Positions 30,332 to 41,343 of a DNA stretch of 64,000 bases are shown in pieces; position 1 is the first letter of the stretch, and each line of letters starts with the position of its first letter. The notes under the pieces are model-generated. The model was given only the letters and a program-made list of their open reading frames with translations, had not been told where the DNA came from and did not search any database. A program made the position numbers and the translations under genes. The stretch is from Peptococcia bacterium (GTDB lineage Bacteria; Bacillota; Peptococcia; DRI-13; DTU073). The stretch lies in the NCBI GenBank assembly GCA_050951565.1, contig JBMNJH010000012.1, positions 63,141 through 127,140 of the forward strand. The letters are read 5' to 3'.

Positions 30332-31159
30332 ATGGAGGTGTCCGGTTTGCAGCCCATAAGAATCTTATTCGTGGTGTTGCCAACGGCTATCCTGCTTCTT
30401 GTGGGGGTGGCGGTGAAATATTTTCGCGCCTATTGGCTTATTTCCGGTTACAACACCATGTCCAAAGAAAAGAAACAGAATGTGGATATTGAAGCACTCG
30501 CCAATTTTACGGGAAACTTCTGTTTTGTTATTGCCATTATCATTGGTTTTTCCTTTCTCTTTATGGAGACCGGCCATTATCCGCTGGCCATGGCCTTTTT
30601 GGTGTCATTGTTTCCGCTGACCATTTTTGTACTGATCAAGACCCAGGCTTTTGACGGAAACAACCGGAACCCGGACGGGACGATGAAACGCAGCGCCATG
30701 CTGAAAATCGGTTTCGTCATCGTATTTATGGTCATTGTCGGAATAGGGGTTGGTGTGCTCCTGTATCAAAGCTATCAACCGGTGGAAATCGTGGTCGCCG
30801 AGGAATACTTCATGATCAAGGGTATCTATGGGGAAAAGATTGCCTACCAAGACATCACGGAAGTAGCCCTCATTCAGGAAATCCCGCCTATTACCGCCCG
30901 AACCAACGGTTCTTCCCTGGGGGTAAAGAAAAAGGGACATTTTCGCATGAAAGAACTGGGTGCCGTTAAATTATTTTTGGACAGCGGCGAACCCCCCTTT
31001 ATTTATATCGAACGCGGAATGAACGAAGAGCAGGCAGAAAGCGGGGAACAGCAAAGCCAACCGGCGAAAAAAGGCAAGCCGGTGATCATCAATCTTGTCC
31101 ACAAGGAAGACACCGAGTCGGTGTATTATGATTTATACAAGGCCTGGAAAGGGGAATAG
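30332..31159 (+). CDS. membrane protein (DUF3784-like TM region plus a bacterial PH-like domain)
   Basis: YWLISGYNTMSKEKK motif, four TM helices, and a C-terminal soluble domain. Confidence 0.6.
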   Translation: MEVSGLQPIRILFVVLPTAILLLVGVAVKYFRAYWLISGYNTMSKEKKQNVDIEALANFTGNFCFVIAIIIGFSFLFMETGHYPLAMAFLVSLFPLTIFVLIKTQAFDGNNRNPDGTMKRSAMLKIGFVIVFMVIVGIGVGVLLYQSYQPVEIVVAEEYFMIKGIYGEKIAYQDITEVALIQEIPPITARTNGSSLGVKKKGHFRMKELGAVKLFLDSGEPPFIYIERGMNEEQAESGEQQSQPAKKGKPVIINLVHKEDTESVYYDLYKAWKGE

Positions 31160-31432
31160 AAGAACCGGGCAAAAGGAGAGGGCGCCGGATCGGCATTCAG
31201 TGAGGGCGCCCGCCGCCTCTTTTTAGGCAAAAAAGAGCGTGAAGAATTTTTAACATAAGCACTTGCATATTTTACAAGGATGACTTATAATAAATAAGTA
31301 ATTCAATTGTTTATAATATTATGACTAAAGTAGTTTATTCAGGACAATTACAACTTCCCAGCGACCGGTATTGCGAAGCAAATGCTTTCGTAATTTACTG
31401 CTTTTTTCATATATTTGAAAGGATGGTTTTTC

Positions 31433-32569
31433 ATGAAAGTTATTATCAAAAATGACGAGAGAGGTCTATTGTTCAGAAACGGGAATTATATGAAATGCCT
31501 AAAGCCCGGAACATACCGCTTTAGTTCATTTGGCAACAGCACGGTGATTCTTGCTAATGTCAATGACGCCTTGTCTGTTGCGGACAAGAATATTAATATC
31601 TTTCTGAAAGACCAGGAACTGTTGAAGGAGCTTTCGGTGATTGACGTGCAGGATCACGAGATTGCCCTGCATTATGAAGACTGGAAACTGGCCGAAGTGC
31701 TGAAACCAGGGAAGTACGCCTTTTGGAATGTCCTGAAAAAGCATGATTTTATTGTGGTTGATACCAGAAATCCCGAGGCCATTCCGGATATTGACATCTC
31801 CAGTTACACCAACCCGAAACTGGAAAAATACCTGGAATGTCACGACATCGAAAGCTACGAAAAAGGCCTGCTCTATTACGATAATGTCTTTCAAAAAATC
31901 CTGGAGCCCGGACGGTATTACTTCTGGAAAGGGCCTGTCCATGTGGACCTGGTCAAGGTGGACATGCGGCAGCAACAAATCGACGTCACCGAGCAGGAAG
32001 TGATGACGGAAGATAAGGTGAACGTCAAACTTAACTTTGTCTGTCAATACAGAGTTGTGGATCCTTTAAAAGTGGTGGAAGTCCGTTCCCTGGAAGAACA
32101 ACTGAACATTCTGGTACAAATGATTGTCCGGGATTTTGTCGGGATCCTGAAGTTGGATGATTTCCTCATGAAAAAGCAGGAAATTGGTCTCTATGTTTTA
32201 AAACAACTTAACGAAAAGGGCGAGGACATCGGTGTGGAATTCGTGTATGCCGGCCTGAAGGACGTGATTCTGCCCAGTTACATCAAAGAAGTTTTGAACA
32301 CGGTAGTCATTGCCGAAAAGAGAGCGCTGGCCAATAATATTGCCCGCCGGGAAGAAGTTGCTTCCACGAAGACGCTTTTGAACACGGCAAAACTGATGGA
32401 GGAAAACCAGACGCTTTACCGCTTAAAAGAGTTGGAGTACCTAGAAAAAATCTGCGATAAAATTGGGAACATTTCTTTAACCGGCAGCGGGAGTTTGTTA
32501 GAGCAATTAAACACCTTGTTGGCCAAAAGGATCTCGGATCCGGTTGACGATCCTTCAGCCAAAAATTAG
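31433..32569 (+). CDS. SPFH/band-7 (slipin-like) domain protein
   Basis: Central SPFH region (TEDKVNVKLNFVCQYRVVDP...) followed by a coiled coil. ATG 31433 is preferred over the track's TTG 31415. Confidence 0.7.
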   Translation: MKVIIKNDERGLLFRNGNYMKCLKPGTYRFSSFGNSTVILANVNDALSVADKNINIFLKDQELLKELSVIDVQDHEIALHYEDWKLAEVLKPGKYAFWNVLKKHDFIVVDTRNPEAIPDIDISSYTNPKLEKYLECHDIESYEKGLLYYDNVFQKILEPGRYYFWKGPVHVDLVKVDMRQQQIDVTEQEVMTEDKVNVKLNFVCQYRVVDPLKVVEVRSLEEQLNILVQMIVRDFVGILKLDDFLMKKQEIGLYVLKQLNEKGEDIGVEFVYAGLKDVILPSYIKEVLNTVVIAEKRALANNIARREEVASTKTLLNTAKLMEENQTLYRLKELEYLEKICDKIGNISLTGSGSLLEQLNTLLAKRISDPVDDPSAKN

Positions 32570-32587
32570 CGGCTAAAAAGAGGGCGT

Positions 32588-32629
32588 AAAAAACATCCAC
32601 GGTCAGTATTTTGACCATGGATGTTTTTT
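32588..32629. terminator. bidirectional intrinsic terminator between the SPFH gene and pyc
   Basis: aaaaaacatccacggtc-agtatttt-gaccatggatgtttttt. It has one mismatch on the + RNA, which becomes a G-U pair on the - RNA. Confidence 0.7.
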
Positions 32630-32667
32630 GTTTGGTCTGTCTTGGAGAGAGCGGCTGCTTGGGCCGC

Positions 32668-35600
32668 CTATTCCTCGAGAATAATCAGGAGTTCGCCTGA
32701 TTTAACGAGTTGGCCTTCTTTTACGACGATGGATTTGACAGTGCCTTCCGTGTACGAAACGACATTGGTTTCCATCTTCATCGCTTCAATGACGGCGACT
32801 TCCTGGTTAACGCGTACCCGGTCACCGGGTTTTACCAAGATTTTGACCACTTTGCCGGGGATGCTGGCGCCGATTTCCAGAGGATTGGAGGTATCCGCCA
32901 TCCTTGTGGCGATTTGTTCTTTCGCTACGGCTTTCTTTTTATCCTTAACCTTAATGATGCGCACACTGTCGTTTACTTCAAAGTGCAAGGGCACATAACC
33001 TTCTTCGTCCATCTTGCCCACTTCCCGCAGCCTGATGACCAGGATCTTACCGTCGTCAATCTCGACTTCACAGGTTTCTCCTTCTTTAATCCCGTGGAAG
33101 AAAATATGGCTTTCCATGCGGCTGAAGTCACCGTTTTCCCGGATGTAGGTCAGGTAATCATCAAAGACCTTCGGATAAAGGGCGTAACTGATGATATCCT
33201 TCATGGTTGGTTCGATATGGTGTTTTTGAGCCAGTTCTTCGCGGATTTTATCAAAGTCCTCGGGTTCCAGCAGTTCGCCGGGCCGAACGGTGATGGGTTC
33301 TTCTCCTTTAAGGACCAGTTTCTGCAGTTCTTGGGGGAAACCGAATTCCGGTTGCCCCATCATTCCTTTGAAATAGGCCACCACCGAATCGGGGAAGGAG
33401 AGGTTTTTGCCTTTTTCATAGATGTTTTCCGGGGTCAGGTCATTCTGGACCATAAAGATGGCCAGGTCACCGACGGTTTTGGAGGAAGGCGTAACTTTGA
33501 CGATATCGCCGAGCATTTCGTTCACTGTTTTGAACATTTCTTTGACTTCGTTGAAACGGTGCCCCAAACCGAAGCTTTCCACTTGTGGTTTGAGGTTGGA
33601 GTATTGTCCACCCGGGATTTCGTATTTATAGATTTCGGCGGTACTGGATTTCAGTTCTGATTCGAACTGGTAATAGACCGGTCTTACCGCCGCCCAATAG
33701 TCGGAAAGGGCCTGAATGTCATCAAGATTAATACCGGTGTTGCGTGGGGTGTTTTCCAGGGCCGCGACTACGGAGTTAAGCGCAGGTTGGCTGGTCAGGC
33801 CCGACATGCTGTTAAAGGCGGTGTCCACAATGTCAACCCCCGCCTGGGCCGCCATGAGAATGGTGGCGACGCCGTTGCCGCTTGTATCGTGGGTGTGCAG
33901 GTGGATAGGCAGGCTGATTTCTTCTTTCAATGCCTTCACCAGCTTGTAAGCGGCATGGGGCTTTAAGAGAGCCGACATATCCTTGATGCCGAGGATGTGC
34001 GCCCCGGTTTTCTCGATTTCTTTCGCTTTTTTGATGTAATACTCCAGGGTGTATTTGTCTTTTTTATCGTCCAGGATATCGCCGGTATAGCAGATACAAG
34101 CCTCGGCGATTTTGTTTTGCTTCAAGACTTCCTCGATGGCCAGTTCCATCCCTTTCAGCCAGTTGAGGGAGTCGAAGATCCGGAATAAGTCAATGCCGCT
34201 GGCGGCCGCCTCTTGAATTAAGGCCCGGATCACGTTGTCGGGATAGTTTTTGTAGCCTACGCCGTTGGCGCCCCGCAGCAACATTTGAAAGAGAATATTG
34301 GGGATTTTTTTGCGCAACTTGATGAGCCGGTCCCAGGGAGACTCCTTCAGGAAGCGGTAGGCCACATCAAAGGTGGCTCCACCCCACATTTCCAGGGAAA
34401 ACAGGTCTTGGCCCAGGATCGACGTGGCTTTGGCGATTTTTAACATATCAATGGTCCGGATGCGGGTGGCGACCAGGGACTGGTTGGCGTCGCGCATGGT
34501 CGTATCGGTAAGCAGCAGCTTGTTTTGCGCCTTAATCCACTCCACGATCCCTTCGGGTCCTTTTTCGTCCAGCAGTTGTTTCGTGCCGTATTGTTTCTCC
34601 GGTCTGGTCAGCATTGGCACTATCGGCACATCGAAATCCTTTTTCTCTTTAACCTCGTTGATGACCTTTTCCCCGAGGAAGGTTAAAATATGCTGCTCAA
34701 TATCGATTTTAGGCGTTATTTCAAACAACTGGGGATTTTCGGCAATAAAGCCGGTGTGGCATTTTCCTTTCATGAAGGTGGGGTGTTTCAAAACATTGAT
34801 CAAAAAGTCACTGTTTGTTTTGACCCCTTTAACCTTTTGTTCCTTGATTGCCCTGATTGATTTGCGAATGGCATCTTCAAAGGTTCTGCCCAGGGAGGTA
34901 ACTTTCACCAGCAGGCTGTCGTAATATGGGCTGATTACCGCGCCTGTAAAGCCGTTGCCGCCGTCCAGCCGAATTCCGAAGCCGGAGCCCGTGCGGTAAA
35001 CGTTGATTACGCCCGTGTCCGGCGCAAAGTTATTTAGCGGGTCTTCCGTGGTGATACGGCATTGAATGGAAAAACCTCTGGGCTGGATATCATCCTGGGA
35101 ATAGATGCCGATTTCTTTGGAAGCCAGGGGATACCCCTGGGCAATGAGGAGTTGGCTTTGGACGATGTCAATCCCCGTTACCATCTCGGTAACCGTATGT
35201 TCCACCTGAATCCGCGGATTCATTTCGATGAAATAATGGTTGCCGTCCTGGTCCAGGAGAAATTCCACCGTGCCCGCACTGCGGTAATTGACGGATTTGG
35301 CAATCTTGACCGCGTCATTACAAATTCTTTGCCGTTGTTCCTCCGTCAGGGAGATGGCGGGGGTGAACTCAATGAGTTTTTGGTGTCTCCTTTGGATGGA
35401 GCAGTCTCTTTCGTAAAGGTGCACCACATTACCGTATTGGTCGCCCAGGATTTGCACCTCGATGTGTTTCGGATTTTCAATGTATTTTTCGATGAAGATA
35501 TCGTCAATACCAAAGGCTTTTTTGGCTTCGTTTTTCGCCGTCTGAAACTCCTTCAGCAAATCCTCTTCCCGGTGGACTACCCGCATGCCACGGCCACCAC

Positions 35601-36099
35601 CACCGGCCGAAGCCTTGAGGATCACCGGATAGCCACTTTTACGGGCAAAGGACAAGGCTCCCTTTTCTGAGGTGATGGCCTTGTTACTGCCGGGGATGGT
35701 AGGAACATTGACCTTTTGGGCGACCAGTTTTGATTGGATTTTGTCGCCCAGTTTGTTCATCATGTGATAGGTAGGACCGATAAAGGCGATGCCCGCTTCT
35801 TCACAGCTTTTCGCAAATTCGCTGTTTTCGGATAAAAAACCGTAACCGGGATGGATCGCGTCGGCGCCTTTTTTGCGGGCAAGTCTGATGATTTCTTCAA
35901 TATTCAGGTACGCTTCCACCGGACCTTTGTTTCTGCCCACCAGATATGATTCGTCCGCCTTCGTTCGGAAGAGGGAATTCTTGTCCTCTTCGGAATAGAT
36001 GGCGATTGTTCTGATCCCTAGTTCAGCGCAAGCTCTGAATATTCTGATGGCAATTTCTCCTCTGTTGGCGACTAAAACTCGCTTAAAGTTTTTAATCAT
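32668..36099 (-). CDS. pyc: pyruvate carboxylase
   Basis: Biotin carboxylase N-terminus (VLVANRGEIAIRIFRA), a carboxyltransferase TIM domain, and a C-terminal biotinyl EAMKME motif. 1143 aa. Confidence 0.95.
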   Translation of the reverse strand: MIKNFKRVLVANRGEIAIRIFRACAELGIRTIAIYSEEDKNSLFRTKADESYLVGRNKGPVEAYLNIEEIIRLARKKGADAIHPGYGFLSENSEFAKSCEEAGIAFIGPTYHMMNKLGDKIQSKLVAQKVNVPTIPGSNKAITSEKGALSFARKSGYPVILKASAGGGGRGMRVVHREEDLLKEFQTAKNEAKKAFGIDDIFIEKYIENPKHIEVQILGDQYGNVVHLYERDCSIQRRHQKLIEFTPAISLTEEQRQRICNDAVKIAKSVNYRSAGTVEFLLDQDGNHYFIEMNPRIQVEHTVTEMVTGIDIVQSQLLIAQGYPLASKEIGIYSQDDIQPRGFSIQCRITTEDPLNNFAPDTGVINVYRTGSGFGIRLDGGNGFTGAVISPYYDSLLVKVTSLGRTFEDAIRKSIRAIKEQKVKGVKTNSDFLINVLKHPTFMKGKCHTGFIAENPQLFEITPKIDIEQHILTFLGEKVINEVKEKKDFDVPIVPMLTRPEKQYGTKQLLDEKGPEGIVEWIKAQNKLLLTDTTMRDANQSLVATRIRTIDMLKIAKATSILGQDLFSLEMWGGATFDVAYRFLKESPWDRLIKLRKKIPNILFQMLLRGANGVGYKNYPDNVIRALIQEAAASGIDLFRIFDSLNWLKGMELAIEEVLKQNKIAEACICYTGDILDDKKDKYTLEYYIKKAKEIEKTGAHILGIKDMSALLKPHAAYKLVKALKEEISLPIHLHTHDTSGNGVATILMAAQAGVDIVDTAFNSMSGLTSQPALNSVVAALENTPRNTGINLDDIQALSDYWAAVRPVYYQFESELKSSTAEIYKYEIPGGQYSNLKPQVESFGLGHRFNEVKEMFKTVNEMLGDIVKVTPSSKTVGDLAIFMVQNDLTPENIYEKGKNLSFPDSVVAYFKGMMGQPEFGFPQELQKLVLKGEEPITVRPGELLEPEDFDKIREELAQKHHIEPTMKDIISYALYPKVFDDYLTYIRENGDFSRMESHIFFHGIKEGETCEVEIDDGKILVIRLREVGKMDEEGYVPLHFEVNDSVRIIKVKDKKKAVAKEQIATRMADTSNPLEIGASIPGKVVKILVKPGDRVRVNQEVAVIEAMKMETNVVSYTEGTVKSIVVKEGQLVKSGELLIILEE

Positions 36100-36454
36100 G
36101 CTCGAGATCCCTCCACAAGATAAAAATACTAAAATATTTCGATTCTTAAAAATAGGACGAAAAATTTGATTTTATTTTTTAATCATTATACCAGTAATTT
36201 CAACGGTAATAAAGAGGTTTTTGTGCTGAATATTGTATACTTGATTGTATCCTTGCGAATTATCGGCAAATGATTGTCTATTTCAGTCATTGTGGAGAAA
36301 AAAGTCATAAAAAGTGCTAAGCAGCCGTTTGGTGGAAAGAATCGATGAATATACAAAATATTATCGGAAATTTGAATTTTTAGTTTAATCCTTTTTATTC
36401 TATAATATAAATTAAGGGACTTATTTAAAAAAATAAGAAGCGGAGGGGAGTATA

Positions 36455-37672
36455 GTGAAAAAAGCAGGTGTTTTACTATCATGCTTATTGGTATTAACCC
36501 TGGCGCTTACTGGATGTGGTGGTAAAGACGCAGGGGGAGCAGATCAGATTCTGATTAAAGGATCCGCTGCTTTAGACCCGGTTCTTTCAAGATTTGCGGA
36601 AGATTTCATGAGGGATAATCAAGGAATTAACGTAACAGTTTCTTCGGATGGCGGTGCTGCCGCCGGAATACAAAGCATCATCGACAATACGGTTGATTTC
36701 GCGATGGTGGTCGGCAACGTCGATGAGGCAGACAAAACCAGAATCAAAAATTACCAGGAGTTTTTGCTCGGCTATCAAACCCTCAATATTGCGATCAGTC
36801 AGGACAATCCGCTGGCTGAACTGAAAGACAGCCTTACCACAGAGGAAGTACAAAAGATTTTTGCCGGTGAAATTCAGTACTGGGATGAATTAGACCAATC
36901 CCTTCCCCATAACAAAATCCTTGTAGTGACAAGCAAAACAGGGGATGAGGCGTATCAATTATTTATGAAGAGCATCATGGGTGACAAAAACATTAGCCAG
37001 GACGCCATTCAGGTAGAATCAATGCGGGAACAGGCGGCGCAAATCTTTGAGAATAATGATGCCATTGGCTATATTGGCATGGGGATGCCCGGACCTGGAC
37101 TCGGGCGCGGTTTTGGTCCGGCGCGCGATGGAGAACGCGGGGGTCCGAGAGGAGGCTTCCGTGATCGCGGCCGCAATTGGGATTGGGATCGTGATAATGA
37201 TGAAAATGGCCCTCCGGCTCCGCCGCCGGTAGATCAGCCGCAGGCTTCGCAAGCTTCTGCCAGCACCGATGGCAACACTTCGGTCACTCCCGGTGACCGT
37301 CCTGCCGGCGACAATGAAGGCCGCAGGAGAGGACCGCGCGGTGGATTCCGTGGCGATAACGGCGATGGACCGCCAAGAGGATTTAGCAGAGGCGGCGGCT
37401 TCATGGGCGGAATGGTTATGTTAAAAATTGATGGGGTTGAGTCATCTTTCGATAACATTAAGAATGGCTCCTACAAGCTCCAGACTCCCGTGTTGCTGAT
37501 TGCCAGCGGCAAGCTGAACAAACAGGAACAAGCCTTTATCGATTCCTTGCTTTCGGGACGGGGATTAATGGCTTTAGGTATGGCAGGCATTATGCCCGCT
37601 AATTTCCCCGATAACTTTCCGGGGTCTGGTAATCCTCCGGGACGTGGAAACTTTCCCGCTCCCGCTAATTAA
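36455..37672 (+). CDS. PstS/PBP-like substrate-binding lipoprotein carrying a ~115-aa Arg/Gly/Pro-rich insertion
   Basis: Lipobox LTGCGG and PBP-like-2 motifs (IKGSAALDP, GYIGMG...LKIDGVE..NIKNGSYKL). The insertion spans about nt 37070-37420. Confidence 0.7.
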   Translation: MKKAGVLLSCLLVLTLALTGCGGKDAGGADQILIKGSAALDPVLSRFAEDFMRDNQGINVTVSSDGGAAAGIQSIIDNTVDFAMVVGNVDEADKTRIKNYQEFLLGYQTLNIAISQDNPLAELKDSLTTEEVQKIFAGEIQYWDELDQSLPHNKILVVTSKTGDEAYQLFMKSIMGDKNISQDAIQVESMREQAAQIFENNDAIGYIGMGMPGPGLGRGFGPARDGERGGPRGGFRDRGRNWDWDRDNDENGPPAPPPVDQPQASQASASTDGNTSVTPGDRPAGDNEGRRRGPRGGFRGDNGDGPPRGFSRGGGFMGGMVMLKIDGVESSFDNIKNGSYKLQTPVLLIASGKLNKQEQAFIDSLLSGRGLMALGMAGIMPANFPDNFPGSGNPPGRGNFPAPAN

Positions 37673-37675
37673 AAC

Positions 37676-38623
37676 CTAGCCCATCAAACTATATCCTTCC
37701 TTATTCGACTGTTCCGACGAACCGGGGTTCCTATTCCCGGTCGTTGTTTTTTGGCAAAAGTTAATAAACTCCTGCACCAAAGGGGATAAAGTGCGCGACT
37801 TGTTAAAAGCCAGATAGAAGGTGCGCTTTTCGGATAGTTCAATAAGCTCATAAGCATTAATCCATTTTTGCTGCACATAGTCCGTGGCAGCCACTTCGGA
37901 GATTACGGAAAAACCCAGCCCTTCCTTCACACATTGTTTGATGACTTGCACATTGTCAAAATAACCGATGACGTTCAGTTGGCTCAAGTCAATTTGCGCA
38001 TCCAGGAGAATTCTTTCCAGGGTAGCCTGCGTCCCGGACCCGCGTTTGCGGAAAAGAAGGGGATAGCGGGCTATCTCTTTGATGGAAACCGGAGCAGGCA
38101 AGTCAAAGGACGGAGGAGTAATCAAGACCAGCTTTTCTTCCAGGAGCGGAAGATAATCCAGTTTTTCGGCCAGGTATTGATAGCCCAAAATGCCTACGTC
38201 CGCATCGCCTTTGCCGAGTCTTTCGGCCACGTGATAGGAGTCGTTGAGAGCCAGATTGACTTTCACCCAGGGGTATTGTTGGGCAAACTGCGCCAGGATT
38301 TTCGGGGCGATATATTGGGCCGGCACGGTGCTGGCCGCTATTTTCAGTTCACCGTCAATTTTGTTCTTACTTTTTTTCAATTCCCAATGGGCCTTGTCCT
38401 GCAGGGTCAAAATTTCCTTGGCGATGGGGTAAAGGGTTTCCCCGGCGCTGGTTAAGACCACTTCTTTGCCTAGGCGGTCAAACAGTTTTTGCTCAAAATA
38501 TGCTTCCAAATTGCTGATGTGGGTGCTAATGGTGGATTGACTTAAATAAAGGTTTTCCGCCGCTTTGGAAAAGCTTTTTAATTCAGCTACTTTCGTAAAA
38601 GCCAGGAGCTGGTGTAACAGCAT
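37676..38623 (-). CDS. LysR-family transcriptional regulator
   Basis: N-terminal HTH (FTKVAELKSFSKAAENLYLSQSTISTHISNLE) plus a LysR substrate-binding domain. Confidence 0.9.
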   Translation of the reverse strand: MLLHQLLAFTKVAELKSFSKAAENLYLSQSTISTHISNLEAYFEQKLFDRLGKEVVLTSAGETLYPIAKEILTLQDKAHWELKKSKNKIDGELKIAASTVPAQYIAPKILAQFAQQYPWVKVNLALNDSYHVAERLGKGDADVGILGYQYLAEKLDYLPLLEEKLVLITPPSFDLPAPVSIKEIARYPLLFRKRGSGTQATLERILLDAQIDLSQLNVIGYFDNVQVIKQCVKEGLGFSVISEVAATDYVQQKWINAYELIELSEKRTFYLAFNKSRTLSPLVQEFINFCQKTTTGNRNPGSSEQSNKEGYSLMG

Positions 38624-38802
38624 TTTTCGTCACCTCTTTTTACAATCGTATCATATCGAAAAGATAAAGGCACATCTTTCACTTTTAAGATTTAAGTCAA
38701 TTGGCACGATTATGATTTTAAAATGGCGAAGATGATGATTTAAAGAACAAAGATAGGGAGGATCTGGTCTTGACGGATCATTAAGATACGCAGGATCGGT
38801 AA

Positions 38803-41121
38803 TTATGGTTTAAAGCTTTTTAAACGGAGAGCATTGGTAACAACGGAAATGGAACTGAGCGACATGGCGGCGGCGGAAAAGATCGGGTTCAGCAAAGGAC
38901 CGCCAAAGAGATATAACAGGCCGGCGGCCAGCGGGATGCCGGCGATGTTGTAGCCAAAGGCCCAGAAGAGATTTTGCTTAATATTGCGGATGGTGCTTCT
39001 GCTCAGTTTGATGGCGGTAGGCACATCCTGCAGGTCACTGCGCATCAGGACGATATCGGCAGATTCGATGGCCACATCGGTGCCGGAGCCGATGGCAATG
39101 CCGATGTTGGCCTGAGCCAGGGCCGGAGCATCATTGATCCCGTCACCGACCATCGCCACATTGCGCCCTTCGGCCTGCAGCTTTTTGATTTCTTCGGCTT
39201 TATGTTCAGGCAGGATTTCGGCGAGGACACGGGTAATCCTGACCTGTTGGGCGATGCTTTGGGCGGTTTGGGTATTATCACCGGTCATCATTACCACTTC
39301 AATCCCCATTTTTTGCAGTTGGGCAATGGCCTGGGCGCTGCTTGCTTTCACCACGTCAGCGACGGCAATCAGACCGGCTATTTTCCCTTCCACGGCAAGA
39401 TACATGGGGGTTTTTCCTTCCGAGGCCAGGTGGTCGGCGGTGTTTTCCAGGGGACCAGGATCAATTCCTCGTTCCTGCAACAGTTGCCGGTTACCCAGGA
39501 GGACTTCGGTGCCGTTGACTACGGTCGCGATGCCTTTGCCCGGGAGCGCCTCGAATTGCTCGGGCTTAAACAGTTCCAGCTTCGCCTTTTGCGCGGCTTT
39601 CACGATGGCTTCGCCGAGGGGATGTTCCGAATCCTTTTCCGCCGAAGCAGCGTATTGCAACAGCCAAGTCCGATGCTCGTCCCATTGCATCCCTGCATTA
39701 CCATATTGCCTTGCCGATTGCTCTTTTTCCAATTGATCATTTTTCGCCAATATTTCGGCGGCCGTTAAAAGGTCCGTCACTTCAGGGATCCCTTCGGTGA
39801 TGGTGCCGGTTTTATCAAAAACGATGGCGTCAATCTTGTGGGTGCTTTCCAGGGCTTCGCCGCTTTTAAAGAGGATCCCGTATTCCGCGCCTTTGCCCGT
39901 GCCCACCATGATCGCAGTGGGGGTGGCCAAACCCAGGGCGCAGGGGCAGGCGATGACCAGTACGGAAATAAAGATGGTCAGGGCAAAAACAAGGGATTTT
40001 CCCGCCAAATACCAGGCTAATGCTGACAGCAGGGCAACATAAAACACGATGGGCACAAAATAGCCGGAGACAATATCCGCCATTTTGGCAATGGGCGCCT
40101 TGGAGCCCTGGGCCTCTTCCACCAGTTTGATGATTTGGGCAAGGGCCGTTTCGCTGCCCACTTTGGTCGCTTGCAAGGTAATCGCGCCATATTTGTTCAT
40201 CGTGGCGCCAATCACCTGGTCACCGGCTTTTTTCTCCACGGGAATGCTCTCCCCGGTGAGCATCGATTCATCAACGGAGGTATAACCGTCTAACACCACG
40301 CCGTCCACCGGAATTCGTTCTCCCGGCTTTACCAAAAGCAGATCCCCGACTTCGACTTCTTCGACCGGGATTGCGATTTCTTGCCCGTTTTGGATGACCA
40401 GAGCCGTTTTGGGAGTGAGTTCAATTAGTTTTTTAATCGCTTCGGAGGTCCAGCCTTTGGAAATCGCTTCCAGTGTCTTACCAAGGAGGATCAGGGTAAT
40501 AATTACCCCGGCCGTTTCGAAATACAAGTTTTCCACATGGCCCAGGGAACCGTCGGTAATTTTGTAGATGGAATACAGGCTATAGAAGACCGCGGCCGCG
40601 GTGCCCATGGCAATGAGGGAATCCATATTGGGGCTGCCTTGCCGGATGGCCTTAAAGCCGCTGGTGTAAAAACGGGCTCCCGCGATTAAAACGGGAATGA
40701 CCAGGGCTAGTTGAACCAAGGCATGGCGCAGGGGGAATTCCATGGGATGCAACCCAGGGGGAACCGGCCAATTTAGCCAGGGAAACATCGGACCCATTGC
40801 CAGGTAGAGCAGGGGAAGGCTAAACAGGGCGGAAACGAAGAAGCTGCTCTTGAGCTTTTTGATTTCCTGCTCTTTTCTTTGGCGGTCTTCGTCGATGGCT
40901 TGTCTGCCTTCTATTTCCAACGCTTTATACCCGGCCTGGGCGATGGCTTGTTTTATTTCGGAAAGCCTTATTTTCTCCGGTTCATAGGTAACGGTGGCTT
41001 TTTCCGTGGCGAGATTCACGGATGCCATGGTAACTCCGTTCAATTGGCTCAAAACCTTTTCAATTCTGCTGGCACAAGCGGCGCAAGACATTCCTTCAAT
41101 CGGGATTGTAACCTGTTTCAT
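38803..41121 (-). CDS. copA: copper-translocating P1B-type ATPase
   Basis: N-terminal HMA domain [17 protein letters not shown] motif, [19 protein letters not shown]. Confidence 0.93.
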   Translation of the reverse strand: MKQVTIPIEGMSCAACASRIEKVLSQLNGVTMASVNLATEKATVTYEPEKIRLSEIKQAIAQAGYKALEIEGRQAIDEDRQRKEQEIKKLKSSFFVSALFSLPLLYLAMGPMFPWLNWPVPPGLHPMEFPLRHALVQLALVIPVLIAGARFYTSGFKAIRQGSPNMDSLIAMGTAAAVFYSLYSIYKITDGSLGHVENLYFETAGVIITLILLGKTLEAISKGWTSEAIKKLIELTPKTALVIQNGQEIAIPVEEVEVGDLLLVKPGERIPVDGVVLDGYTSVDESMLTGESIPVEKKAGDQVIGATMNKYGAITLQATKVGSETALAQIIKLVEEAQGSKAPIAKMADIVSGYFVPIVFYVALLSALAWYLAGKSLVFALTIFISVLVIACPCALGLATPTAIMVGTGKGAEYGILFKSGEALESTHKIDAIVFDKTGTITEGIPEVTDLLTAAEILAKNDQLEKEQSARQYGNAGMQWDEHRTWLLQYAASAEKDSEHPLGEAIVKAAQKAKLELFKPEQFEALPGKGIATVVNGTEVLLGNRQLLQERGIDPGPLENTADHLASEGKTPMYLAVEGKIAGLIAVADVVKASSAQAIAQLQKMGIEVVMMTGDNTQTAQSIAQQVRITRVLAEILPEHKAEEIKKLQAEGRNVAMVGDGINDAPALAQANIGIAIGSGTDVAIESADIVLMRSDLQDVPTAIKLSRSTIRNIKQNLFWAFGYNIAGIPLAAGLLYLFGGPLLNPIFSAAAMSLSSISVVTNALRLKSFKP

Positions 41122-41280
41122 CCTTTTGACCTCCTTGCCATATTCTTAGTGTAAGCATGGTGTTCGCTGATGCTCAATTTTAATTAGTATGATCGGTTTG
41201 TGAGCTAACGATTACTAATCATAATATACTTCATCTGTTTCCCGAAAGAAACACTTCGCCGGAAAAAAAGCTACCATATT

Positions 41281-41318
41281 AATATATATAAAGCCAGAGT
41301 CTCAGGAGAAACTCCGGC
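41281..41318 (-). terminator. intrinsic terminator of purL
   Basis: The minus-strand RNA reads gccggaguuuc-uccu-gagacucuggc (11 bp including two G-U pairs), followed by a U/A-rich tail. Confidence 0.5.
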
Positions 41319-41343
41319 AAAGGCAGCTTGTTTACTTAATCTT

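Noticed and set aside
31160-31260. Possible terminator after the DUF3784/PH-domain gene (direct repeat gagggcgcc and ctcttttt/aaaaagag pairing).
   Set aside because: The stems are short or A/U-only and ambiguous, so I could not define a convincing hairpin plus U-tract by hand.
32710-33660. 316-aa + strand ORF, with several others, inside the pyc region.
   Set aside because: It is antisense to a strongly supported pyruvate carboxylase gene. The translation is low-complexity and F/H/D-rich with no family resemblance, which is typical of a shadow ORF.
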